DNA of 64,000 nt from Styela clava. Lineage: Eukaryota. A model generated the notes under the pieces. The model was not told the DNA's origin and did not search any database. It was given only the letters and a program-made list of their open reading frames with translations. Position 1 is the stretch's first letter. Every line of letters starts with the position of its first letter. Positions 51,584 through 64,000 of the stretch are shown in pieces. Position numbers and translations under genes: made by a program. Location of the stretch: positions 17,794,001 through 17,858,000 of the forward strand of contig NC_135254.1 of assembly GCF_964204865.1 (NCBI RefSeq). Reading direction: 5' to 3'.

Positions 51584-54500
51584 TTGATCCGACCGTCAAA
51601 ATGGACGTTGATTTTGCGACCATGGGGAAAAATTCGAATAACTGCGAAACGTTACCTACGACATCAAATCATAAGATTGCAGTTAATTGGACACGAAATG
51701 GACCTATCAATTGTTTTGTCATTATGTTGTTGTTGTGGGTATTTTAGTTATTTCTCTCCTCATTGTTGTTACTGTTGTTGCAAAAATAATCGCTTCTCTT
51801 TTTAACTACCGAACCAATTAATTTGAAATTTCCAGTAGGTAAAGATTGTTGTTGTCGCTAAAGGGTTCTTACTCTTCTTATTTTTGTGGGATTTATGTGA
51901 TTCGTTTTGGATCACAATTAGAAATTGCGCACCTTGTGTCTCTGCGATATAGCGGTCAGTCGGAAATTAGCGGTCTGCAAACTGCGACCCGCAAACAAAT
52001 TTTTGTGGCCCTCGAACGACTTCACTTTTAATGCACGAAACAAAAGTTGCTTATACATTCATCACTATCTGCGCACGAATATACTGCATAACAATTAACA
52101 AACGGTAGTAGTAATTGTCCGAACGTGCCTACCATTAGTTGTAATTAATGCAGAAATGGAAATCGCAATGTCCGGCATATTTTGAATTTTAATGTATCAA
52201 TAGTTTACAAGCGGCATTTAATGTGATTCGCACGCTACGGAATGTGTAGGTATATTTGGCCCAATATTACATAAAGTTCGCTGACCACTGATTCAAATGT
52301 CGTGAACATTTCGAATAATATATTGGCGTTTATGAAAAATCATCGAAACATTACAATATTTCGCTGAACGAATATTTTTATTTTGAAATTGCAACATTTG
52401 CATTGTTTACATTAAGCGTATATCTAGAACTTAAAAAATGGACAAGTTGTAATTATAAAACACGAAGAAGACTGTTGAATCAATTTACTAAATTGGTGTT
52501 TAATGTTCAGCAAACCGATTCCAAAATTAGAGATAAAAGCTTTTCCCCAAAGGCTATTAGCTTTAAATGATTTCAATCAAAAGAAACATAAACTAATATA
52601 TACCAGTTAAGATCTGAGCCATGTCCACGAAATAACAAAGTTCAATAAACGTTATTGCTGGCCGATCTAAAACAACACTCAGCACGCCATCTAGCGAGGA
52701 TAGAACATCGGAATAAAATTATACTACGAGACACAGGATTTGCCACACACCGGGAAAACGCGACCCCAAATTCAAACCAAAATGTTAATTAATCTATCAA
52801 CGATAATTTATGAAATTATAAAAATGACAGGTCGTGAAGAAAGTATTTCACATTTGTGTGAATAAAATATCAATACACACCTACGTTTCAGTAAAGATAT
52901 AGAAACCAGGTACTATATCTAAACTCAAGTAACTATTTGGTGACCTTCCCTAGTTCTGCTTTTTATCATATTTTCAGACAATAAGAGTAACTCCGTTCTG
53001 GAAAACACAGTGTTACTAAACTTCTGAATAATATATGTATATTATTATTCTAGATGCGGTCAAGTAATAATAATTGATTTTTTAAATTTCAGTTTTTTGT
53101 ATCACCAAGTTAAAACTAGTGGTACACTTGGATAGAAAAAAAAAGATAGATAAACGCTATAAAAGCATTAAAAACAAAATATAAATATATAGAAAATTAT
53201 AAGAACAATAAAATTTTTTATCGTACGTTACATTCGTTATGATTAATGATTTTTTCAGTTTAATATTTGCTTGAAGGATCAAATATTTGCATTTTCAGTC
53301 ACACGACGATCTATAATAATAATAATTATTTAAATTATAATAATATAATTTTTGAATGTCAATCAAATGCTCAATAAAAATGCCACATCATGATTTGCTG
53401 AATCAATATGTGAATACAAAAAAGGTTTAAAGTTTGTTCTATGTCTTTTCTATCATGAAAAATATTACAAATAAATTCAAAGTCCGTTGAGTTCAATGTA
53501 ACACGAAGTTTTCTTTTGTATAGGGTGATATTTGTTGTAATACGGTTAACTTTTATCGTTCCGTAAGAAATGTACTAAAATTCGTCTTGAATTCTAAAAA
53601 TTTATACCCAGATGCATAATCAAGAAATGAATTATTGTTGATTACACAATTATTATATTAGAGTAATTAATTTTATTTTTTATTTTTATTTTGTATTTTT
53701 TTGGAAATAAAATATTCCATTGCCAGATAAAACTAAATACTATAAAGGTGGGAAATTGTATTGCAAATTTTCCATTTCTTCATTATCAAATCACATAATT
53801 CTTGATATTCATAAACAGGTAAATCTTATCCATCAATAAATCTTTCATATATTTGGCAAAAACCCAGTTTTTTAGATTTTTTCCGACCAAACAAATTGAA
53901 AGAAGAAAGTATTCTCGCTTATACAATAATATAAACGGAAAAAAGGAGCAGAATTCTAGAAAATATTTGCCAATACTGTAAGAATCTTAGCTATTGTAGT
54001 TGGATGAAATCTGAAGTCGTTAGAAAACATTGGAATTAATATGATCTTTGGTAAATATTATCGAATAGTAAATAGACTAAATATTATTTGTCATTATAAA
54101 ACAACGTTTATTTACTACTATTTGTTCACGTGTTTTTAGCACTGTTGTGATAACCACTTGCAGAGTTTCCCAGCATTTACAGTTCTTCGTAGCCCAATGA
54201 CCCCATATGCTTACTTGAAACAGAAAAGCACAAAAGAAAACTGTTTATAGGAAACAATTTAATATTGTATTGAAAAGCATCTTTCGTCTACACGGTTTGA
54301 ATATTGTGACCAAATAATAAATTTTTTTTAATTGTTTTTATAATTATATCATTGATTTGATTTTCAAATATAAAAAAAATTTGAAAATTTGTTATGTTGA
54401 CGTTGCAACTCAGCGTAGTTTAAATGCTGAAATGGTTCGCTGTTACGTAATTTAACAAAAACAATTTGTTAAAACTAAACTAAAATTGCTTGTGATTTTG

Positions 54501-57500
54501 ATATTTAATTTACTAATAGATGGTAATCAATCATTCTTAAAAACGAGTAGCGCAGTACGCAATCAATACGTGAATCAAAGTAAAGTCATGGAAATACTTG
54601 ATTTAATAAAAATATTGGTCTATCATTCGTTCACGAGAGTAGGAGATATTTAATCTGTTAACTTTTCGAATCGTATTTGGAAAATAATTTGCATTACTGT
54701 TGTGTGACATATATCATTATAAGCATGTACTATTTTATGCGACGTGATAGTTAGTCATGGCCCGAAATAACGTCCAAACAGAAAAATATATATATATACA
54801 GTATATACAAATCAGCTGCGTATGCTTTTGAAAGAGTAAATTTACAACGTTTCAAATATTTTACAAATGCTTTCTATATATAGAATGATTTATTAGAACG
54901 AATTGCAAGATGTAAATGCAAATACATGGACATGATTAAGTCAGAGTTTTATCCTTTTTAATCTTTTGTAGATATTACAAATAGAACCCTAACACTCAGA
55001 CAAATTTCCACAAAATATCGTTAATATGAAATAGCAAGGTCTTCAAGTATTTAACAATTATTGATACATTGGGGTTGGGCTGTAAACAAAATAGATACCG
55101 TAGAGTAAAACTTCTTCTAGCATGAAACTAGCTCTTGATAAAAAATATATTTTTGACCATCCACAAATTGTGATTTAAATTTTCAATCATAAGATACTAC
55201 GACCCATTTTGGAATCGCTCTGAACATTATTTGAAATCATATGTGAAAAACTGAGCACATTTATTTTAAAAGTTTATTTATTATATGAATAGTGTGTCTG
55301 TCTTTCGATGGTTCAATTGAATATGCTTTATGGAATATGGCAATCGAAACTAAATAACAAATAGATAGGCTTGGGGGAGGCATCATATATAAGTGATGAA
55401 TTAAAGCTTTTGCAATAAAAATGCCACTCCAAAAGCAAATGCTAACTAAAGCCAACAAACAGTAGGTACACATCCATATTTCTAAAAACCACATTAAGCA
55501 TCGTTTGAACAAAACTTAAATAGAAACTTCTTTGCAAATATAATTGGTGTTTAAAAAAAAATAATTTGTTAATAGGAAAACAATGAAAACTCCGGCATCT
55601 TTGAAGTCTGAACAAATTAAATTTAATCATGCTAAGACATGTTTTTTAACGATAGGGGTAACTACTATACGCGCTATGGAGGGTATTGAGTGGTACCTTT
55701 AATATATTGAAATTGCCACCAAAACTCGATTGGGAGTTGGGGATAAATTTTGACGAGCTGAAATGATAATTGTAGATTCTTTATCAAAATTTGTCAGTGC
55801 TTGCTTCTACTGCATTGTTGTATAGGCCACTCCAGTGAATAGCAGATGTTTGCCCAATTAATTGGGAATATCATGGGTTAAATATTGGGTGGGTCAAGTG
55901 TAGGGAAGACTGTGACCTATTAACATATATATATATAATCTGACGACGATACAATCACGTTGGACTATCATCCAGCAGAGGATATATTTGTTAACTTTCT
56001 ATAATCGTAGTGCTATTTTGCATCGTTTAGAAATTATTTCATAGAGATTACAAAAACAAATTTATAAAAATTTCCATTGAATTGTTATTTGTACCATGAA
56101 ATCTGAATATAAGACATGGGAAATCTGATAGTCACTGAGGAAAATGGTACTTTAGTTTCCACAACGCAAACATCTCTGCATGTTTACTTTTTGGTAAGAA
56201 GTCAACGACCCCTGTAGACGCCTGGATTCACGAAACGAATTCAACTTTTCGGAATTAGGCAAAAAGTGAAGTCGTTTGAAAGACGCCCGACGACATGAAA
56301 GTTTTGTGATCGTCGGTAAATATTTTGGAAACTGAACAAACATAATAATTTCGTATAATAAACGAAGATTTATTTAGTAATAATTGTTCTCGTGCTTTCA
56401 GCACTGTTAAGAAAACTAATTGCAGACTTTTTGTCAATGCCGTATTTGTACATGTTTCATAGGAAGAATTATCAAACAATATTGCATTTCTTTGATATAC
56501 TTGTATATTTATGTAGTTTCATTATATAAATTGTTTGCATTCTCACAAACTTAGGAATATTTATGCAACCATGTAGAATGGCACGTCAGCGCTAATTTCA
56601 TATGCCATTCTTCAATTTACTACAATATCATTTTGCAGCAAATGGCCTAGTACACTGTTAAAAAAAATTTCCCAAATTTACTAAAAAAAAATGGCAGCAA
56701 AAGTACTGGCCCCATGTAAAAAAAATTACGAGCCCTATCAGTAGTATTATGAACAGTATTTTCAGTAAATTTACAGAGATTGATGGTAGCAAAAATTACT
56801 ATAAAACTGTAAAAAATACTACTTTTTTGACGGCAGTAAACCTACCCACCAGTAGTAATATTTTTTACCTTAAAATAGTAAATAAAATTACTATCTCGAT
56901 GGCAGCTACCTTACCCGACAGTAGTACCATACAATACTAGCATGATGGTAATTTCTCACTCGCGATGACCGAACCACTACGAGAGTAGCAAAGCTATTTA
57001 CTAGCACGACACAACAGTAAACACACATATTACAGTTAAAATAAAAAAAACGAGATTCTGGAAACGAAAATCATTTTATTACAATTGATATTTTTATAAA
57101 ACCATAAATACACACTGAACGCCTTTAAGGCTTGTAAAACAGTTTCGAAAGAAATTTCAGAAAATATATGGTCTACAGTCAAATTTAAACACCTATTAGG
57201 AGACGTTGAAGGCTATCCATGCAATAAAATGAGGGCACAAGTTCTTGTAGGACATAGGAATTCTGTATGTAATGGATCAAAATCGAGTTTCTATTGGCAC
57301 TTGTTAGAAATCTGGTCTATACATTTCGAGGTCTATTTATTTATCTCAATAGATCCAAATAAAGTCAAACAAGAAAACGTTTTAGGACTGGGTTGTTTAG
57401 TTGACAAACTTATTTTGAAATCAAATTTCTGGATACCAGGCTATGAGACGCTGGCAAACGTGACATAATAACGAGACTATTGTAAGAATTTCACGATTTT

Positions 57501-58127
57501 TTGCACTTTACTCTAATTATAATGTTTCAAAATGAAAATTTTGGGAAATATCATGCAACCTATTTTGTAGCTATGGCAAGAGTTTCAAAGATGACAAATT
57601 CTAAAGTTAATTATGCAAGATAATTTTCAAGATAAGATTTCAAGGGGCGTGAAGTCGAAGAGCGGGAGTTTGAGGATTTTGGTAGGAGCATGAGTGGGAG
57701 TTCTAAATTTTGAAGCTTGCGGAGTCTATAGAGTTAATCATAGTCGGAGTTTATCCACACTTATGAATAGAGTTTGACTGGACATTTTTAAAGCTCATTA
57801 GCTAGGAGCAGAGTTTGCAGAAGTTGCAAATTCAAAAATGTTAAAATTGATAAAACTGGACAAAAAGTTACACTAAAGCAGCTAGCATAGCAGCAGTCAA
57901 ATCTTATAAGATCAGGGAGTCAAGAGTTTTAATTCATATTTTGAAAGAGTCTTGAGCAGAAGACGGAGTCATATATTTGCAAATGTGGGAGTTGATAGTC
58001 ATGAGTGGAAGCCAGAAATTTTGTGGTTGAAGAAGATTACGGAGCAGAGTTTGTTTAAAATTATCCAGACTTCACACCCAACACACAGCTAAATCATTTT
58101 TTATCAAATTAATCGATCAGCCAAAAG

Positions 58128-58258
58128 CAGGGCTGCGAACTCGAACTTCGAAAAACTCTATCAAATACATGAACTCAAACCCCTGACCAGGGTAATGAAC
58201 TCGAACTTGAGAAACTCAATCAAAGGCATGTGAAAATTTGATCGAGTTTTCACCCCTG
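58128..58258. mobile_element. Small hAT-type MITE inside the EnSpm-like element
   Basis: CAGGGCTGCGAACTCGA / TCGAGTTTTCACCCCTG; flanks gccaaaag / gtcaaaag. Confidence 0.6.
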
Positions 58259-58300
58259 GTCAAAAGTGATGTAAGCTGCAGTAACACCACCAAAGTTTAC

Positions 58301-60368
58301 TTAAACATCAATTTCTAACAACGGCACATATAACGCCTGTGATAGATTCACTCTTCTTGCAAGGCCGATTACTTTTGCATGAACGTCTTTGCCTTTACTT
58401 TTTTTCGACTTAGTGCCTCTGGGGTTTATGTCACCGAAGAACCTGAAAAAAGACCGAACTTAAATGGCGAATAGGTTTCACATATGAAATTTGGAAAACG
58501 TCCTGTCATCTCACCACCAAAATAGTAAAAACACAAACACTGGACAAAAATAGTAAAAATGTCAGGTATTTATAATGTATCGTGCCTTGCCAAGGGATAA
58601 ACAAAAAACTGCCAGTGGGCCAGGAATGCAATTGCTAAACCAAGAAGCACCAGATCCTCCTAGCCTCCAGTTGTCGCAAATCGCAATAGGCTCATCCGCT
58701 CGTTGACATTCGATTGCAAATGCAGCAATTGAAAAATATTGTATTAATTTCTGTCATTAGTAATGATTTTTTGCAAATATATCAAAAATTTCCTGCTACA
58801 AAATGGAGAGCACAGTGACATCGTTTGAAATTGAAGTTCACTAAAATAGGATTGTTGTGAGTTCATTTTTCACATATGGATGTAAAACATATTAGATTAG
58901 GAGGAAACATGTGTGGTACCGCCAGTCAGTCTATTATTAACCACCTAAAACTGTTTAACTAATTAAATTATTCTCAGCCCCACTTATGGCCCAGTCCCCA
59001 GGATATGGACACCATGAGTTTGTGCAAGTCCAGTCACATATTTCCTTTTCACAACCCATTTTTTGTATTGTATGTCATCAAATAACACTACATGACAGAA
59101 GAAACAGGTAATTCGTCAACAACGTGTACATTGTGCCAACAGCAAGAATTATATCAGCACTGTAGACTAGCACATTTTTTCTTACCTCTGAATAAAATCA
59201 AACGTCAGCAAGGCCTTCTTTGGATATTCTATGTTGAAAACATAGAACGAAGCAAACTGAAAAGCTACCGCTTCAAAAAACGATCCACAGGAACACACCA
59301 CTTCTCGTTCAGCGATGACGTAAAAAGTCTCAGCAGTCGCTACCGTGTTACCTGAAACACAAGATTGTAAACTTTAGCTTCGAATCTATAGGCTTATGAA
59401 TAAAGTGAAAGTCACTCGACAGGTTGATTAATCTTATTATCTCAACTTCTAAAGCCAACTAATAACAAATACACTTACTAGAGGTGGATGATTAGTGATT
59501 TTTTTGATAATATGCAATTACACAATTATTAATTGTATAATAGTACGATCATCTCCAAATTGGCTTTGGCTATATATCTAACATAGCAGACATGGATTTG
59601 TTCTTATTTTCACTCACCGTTGATAGAAAGCGCAACACTGATAAAACGAAGGGAGAACTTATTACATTGATGAGGCTTATGATGCGCATTACGTTCTTTC
59701 AGAAATAATATATTTCATATTTCAAGCAATGCATACTGTGACGCAACAGTTAAAGCAGGTTGCATGACAGAAGCTGGTGATATTATTTTATAATAATCAC
59801 AACTGAGAAGTATATGGCGACACAAAATGGCCTTTGAAAAAGTTGCGCAGAATTAATCACAGGAAAACAGCTATCATATCATTTTTCGAAATTGTTCCCG
59901 ATATTCACAATTACATCGCTCACCTCTAACACTTACCTATGCAAGCAATAAATGGAGATTTTGGAATATCTTTTAATATCTGGGAAAAAGTGGTTTCTTT
60001 CTGAAAATAGGCAAAGTAGTGAATGTATATGCAAAAAAATTCCGTTAACCACTATCATGCAGTTAGTTTCCAATTAATTTGCAGTCGGCTCACAAAACTT
60101 TATACGAACAGTGTTGTGCAGAAGTTACATTACTCTTGATGCAAAAACTTTCAAAAAAAAGTACTTTACACAAAAAAAGCATAGAACATACCTGGAAACA
60201 CTTAAATATTTGGTTTAGGTTTTCTCCGAAATAATAGGCGATCAACGTGACCACCCCAGTCGATTTTGGTAATTCAGTTTTCAGACTCTTTGATTCCCAT
60301 TTTGAAGAACTTATAAATTCAGAAATTTTCTTATTGGTTGAATATTTCAATGTTCTAAATAATAATGC
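58301..60368 (-). CDS. Transposon-borne accessory gene, 3' part (EnSpm-associated/SAMD3-C-terminal-like family, from memory)
   Basis: Open, phase-consistent exons 60368-60192, 60000-59937, 59351-59186, 58442-58301: ...LIAYYFGENLNQIFKCFQ-KETT...PKSPFIACIG-NTV...FYVIAEREVV...AVAFQFASFYVFNIEYPKKALLTFDFIQR-FFGDINPRGTKSKK...KVIGLARRV...*. No start codon was identified. Confidence 0.7.
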
Positions 60369-60748
60369 CTGCTAAAACGCTTAAAAACAGTGAAAAACCG
60401 TCAAAAAACACCCAGAACCCTGCTAAACGCTTAAAAACAGTGACCAACCGTCAAAAAACACCAAGAACCCTGCTAAAACGCTTAAAAACAGTGAAAAACC
60501 GTCAAAAAACACCAAGAACCCTGCTAAAACGCCTAAAAACAGTGAAAATCCGTCAAAAAACACCAAGAATCCTGCTAAAACGCTTAAAAACAGTGAACAA
60601 CCGTAAAAAAACACCAAGAACCCTGCTATAACCCTTAAAAACAGTGAAAAACCGTCAAAAAACACCAAGAACCCTGCTAAAACGCTTAAAAACAGTGAAA
60701 GCCCGTCAAAAAACACCAAGAACCCTGCTAAAACGCTTAAAAACAGTC
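60368..60748. repeat. 51-bp minisatellite, ~7.5 copies
   Basis: Unit CCTGCTAAAACGCTTAAAAACAGTGAAAAACCGTCAAAAAACACCAAGAAC. Confidence 0.95.
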
Positions 60749-61910
60749 AAATAATACAGTGTAAATTGTGAAATCGCCAAATACGTTCCGAACAAGATGG
60801 CCGCCTTGTAGACTTTGTAGGTATAGTTGAATTCATCTGTCTGTTACCGGTACCGTACCTATTGTTGCCACTGACGTGTAACGTTTGAACGTATCCTATC
60901 ACCATAGGCTACCGGTAAGTTACATCTATTCCGAAACAAATACTGAAATAGCCAATTCAGATTTTTACTCTTGGTCGTCGATATATACCGGTACCGGTAA
61001 GACGGCGAAACTAACGCAGTGTGTAAGCATGTCGCTGTATACAGGTAGGCTACGGTACCGGTACCATTAGATGCTGATGTACACGGTATTTAAAGAATAT
61101 TTTGGTCTACCAACTACAAGTCTGCTACTGTAACACAAACATGCTCAATTAACGCATGAAAAGCTACAAAAACCAACCGCCTAAAATAAACATCCACTAA
61201 CGACAAAGAGCCTCGCTTACCGAGTCCTAATTCCTGAACCAGAAAAAGCGCGGGCTACAGGCACGTGACATTTGAGTGATGTCATAATTGGCACATTACC
61301 GGTACTAAATGACCTATGACCGGAAAGAGAAGGATTAAAATATAGGACACTTTGACCTCTGCAAAAAGTACCAGTACCGGTACCTCAATATTCAGACCAC
61401 TACCCGTGGTAAATTCGCAGCTACCGTACAGACCGTTGCTAACACAATCATCAAACTCAGACTCACGCTATTGCATACTTAACATACGTACCGCATTCAG
61501 TTTACATACGCACGCAACCGATGCTGAGCTCCCAAACAGCTTAGCGTCCCAGCCGAGATGCGCGGCACAAGGAAACTCGAAATCAAAAATGCTGCGCACG
61601 CAACCTGCCCCGTGGAGTTTTTGCGGATGAATATTTGGACAAATAGGTCCGCTTACTTCCGGAAAAATAAGATATAAAACAATATCTTATCTTGTCTAAT
61701 GCAATAGCAAAACAATCAGAATTTTTGGGTGATGAACCAAAATAATTCTAGAATAAAATTAATTCAAATTAATTTGATACCCAGAGCAAAATTTAGATGA
61801 AATTTTAAAGTATTTAAATTTGCTTCGTGACTATATCGCATGCGTAGGTAGATAAATTCGTTCATTGGAAAGAATAGTTACTCGTAAATTAGAGGAACTT
61901 AGATTTTTTT

Positions 61911-62056
61911 TACTTTTTCCAAGTATACAAATCTTTTTACTATTTTTCTGTTATATTAATTACTAACTGATCAGTGAAATTACTACTTTTTCCAAGTATA
62001 CAAATCTTTTTACTATTTTTCTGTTATATTAATTACTAACTGATCAGTGAAATTAC
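61911..62056. repeat. Perfect 73-bp tandem duplication
   Basis: 61911-61983 is repeated at 61984-62056. Confidence 0.9.
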
Positions 62057-64000
62057 TATTCATTAGTAAACTATTAACAAACAAGCACCCTGATTGGCTT
62101 AGCTAAGCAAGTCACGTGATTTCAATAAAATACTCGAAAAATTAGTAAAAATTTACTAGAAAAATTAGTATATTTACTAATTTTTTTAACAGTGTACCTA
62201 AAAACAAAATTCTCGTTAGTTATTTTAATATTAATATGTTTTTTCATCATCATTTATCACTAATTGAAGTTTTCCACCCATTTTTCACAAACTAGTTTGC
62301 CCTAAACTTACTGTTTTAGTGTGATCATTTTTATGGGAATATATGCTTGAAGCAAAACCACACTCACCTTTCGAGAAGTAAGGAAACTCTACCAAAAGTT
62401 ATACAACAAGCAACTTTTGAAGATATCATAATAGTTAACACGAGACCTAAAAGCAGATTATGTCAATATGGTAAAAAAACGCATAAGGGGTAGAAAGTTT
62501 CACATAAATTAAGTTCTTGTGAATTTGCCATAAAAATCCCGGTCTTTAAGATACATGGAAAACTTACGATAAACTTTCTGAATAAATCGGATGGCAGTAC
62601 TCGCGCCAAGATATAAATTTAAACAGAACACGGATAAGGGATTCATTCATGAAAAATTGAAAATACCTTTTCTATTTGTCGCTATTCTTTTATGATTTTT
62701 TGGTCTGCTATGAATATGGAATTTATTGACAGTCTGGTGAACAATAACTATTCCTCATAAACAATAACGACGTTTTGTTCCCTTACCAAGTATGTCGTAT
62801 TGTCCTCTCTATCTAGGAAACGATATTACTGTAACTACTATGTTACATAATTCAACTTAATCATTGTTTAGTAAACAATAAGAATTATAGTGGAAGGTAA
62901 TTTAAATATTTATATAAAGTTAGAAAAGAATGATTTATATATTTCTGAAAAATCAGGTAAGAAGTCAGAAGGTGATAAAACGCAATGCAAACAATAAAAA
63001 TAATTATAAAAATCGTGGTAAAATGTTTTAAATGTATTTAAAAATATCAAGAATCCGCGCAATGGTATTACTGCGTTTCCAGAGCCTCATTCAGAACTTA
63101 TGCCAAATGAAACAGGCATCTTTAATTGCATCGAATCATGATTAATTAGCGGCATTATTGCCTGGTCCAATAGATGCAATAATTTTTGATAATGTTTCAC
63201 TATAAAAATGTCTGATATTATTGGTTTAAGGCAACTAAGTTTATGATATTAATATACATACGTCTGTTCGAAATCAAACATGATATAAAATATATTGCAG
63301 ACTCACTTTACTCAGAAACTATGATGCACATAACTATTTTAATATTCAGTTGATTTTTGAGAATTGTAAATTTCTCACTTTGACAGGATTTTCACTATAG
63401 GGAATAAAATATAAGTTTTACAAGCAGTCTTTCTTATAAACTAGTGGTGGAAGATTCCCCTAGTTACCTGGTACATACATATAGTGTACTATTTCTCATA
63501 CGTTGGTGTGAAGATATACTTATTTAGGTACGATACTAAAATTTCGTAGTAATGAGTAGAATAAGTCAATCTTTTAATTGTGGATGATACTGAAGAATTT
63601 TCTGAGAACTTTATAAGTAAAACCATCAACTGCATTTACAATAATATTCATGTCTCAACGAGCCTTTTTCTGATTAGTATACTTTGTATTAGGAGCAGTC
63701 TTGTAAAAGTTGATAGAAATCAAGCCAAGGAAAACGACTCTGACAAAATGAGCATGGACCACAGAAAATGTTAGCATGGGAAGTCATTTATGCATAAATC
63801 ATGTTAGTCGATGACATTACAACAACGAAAACCCGTTTTGTTTACTTAATTCGAGAGTGGTGATTATAACATCATGTCGAAAGAAGAGCAAATAAGAGAG
63901 TTGTCTTTTCAAATCTTATAAAAGGGTCTGGTACTGTTCAAACTAGACAGTTTTTGTAGATTCAAGTTGCATCAAGACGGAGATATTACTATACCGAATA

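Larger units (their letters stand above)
56653..62194. mobile_element. CACTA/EnSpm (CMC)-like DNA transposon, 5.5 kb, no transposase seen
   Basis: TIR CACTGTTAAAAAAA / TTTTTTTAACAGTG; TA on both flanks (2-bp TSD); subterminal AAATTTACT/AGTAAA repeats at both ends. Confidence 0.8.

Noticed and set aside
60365-60719. Lys/Arg-rich and hydrophobic repeat ORFs, or a CRISPR-like array
   Set aside because: A head-to-tail 51-bp minisatellite with no unique spacers; the ORFs follow from the unit length being a multiple of 3.
62368-62447. Exon-like segment with good splice sites on the minus strand
   Set aside because: All three frames contain stops; at most non-coding or pseudogenic.

Overview
AT-rich, intron-containing animal genomic DNA. 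An ascidian/tunicate-like invertebrate chordate is inferred from the gene content; I cannot confirm it. No prokaryotic features, rRNA, tRNA genes or CRISPR arrays were seen. Most ORF-track entries are exon fragments or noise, so I rebuilt the genes by hand from GT-AG sites and exon phase. Left to right: (1) an 8-exon + strand gene (1760-5860) for an uncharacterised ~308-aa helical protein ending in a CaaX box (RRCCASMCTIL*); (2) a convergent - strand CCDC33-like gene (19139 to ~8403) that appears to encode only the N-terminal C2-like part; (3) five paralogous 3-exon collectin-like genes (signal peptide, Cys segment, 10 Gly-X-Y triplets, neck, atypical C-type lectin domain). Four are tandem on + (A 24745, B 29703, C 33856 frameshifted, D 39803) and one is divergent and inverted (E 45825). 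They share a conserved promoter block, and D carries a relic exon in intron 1; (4) a 3-exon gene missed by the ORF track (48279-47365, -) for a 79-aa secreted peptide with six mature cysteines; (5) a 5.5-kb CACTA/EnSpm-like element (56653-62194) carrying spliced, open accessory-gene exons and a 51-bp minisatellite. Many hAT MITEs with clean 8-bp target-site duplications (TSDs), a Tc1/pogo-type MITE, tRNA-derived SINEs, palindromic MITEs and a non-LTR retrotransposon fragment are interspersed.
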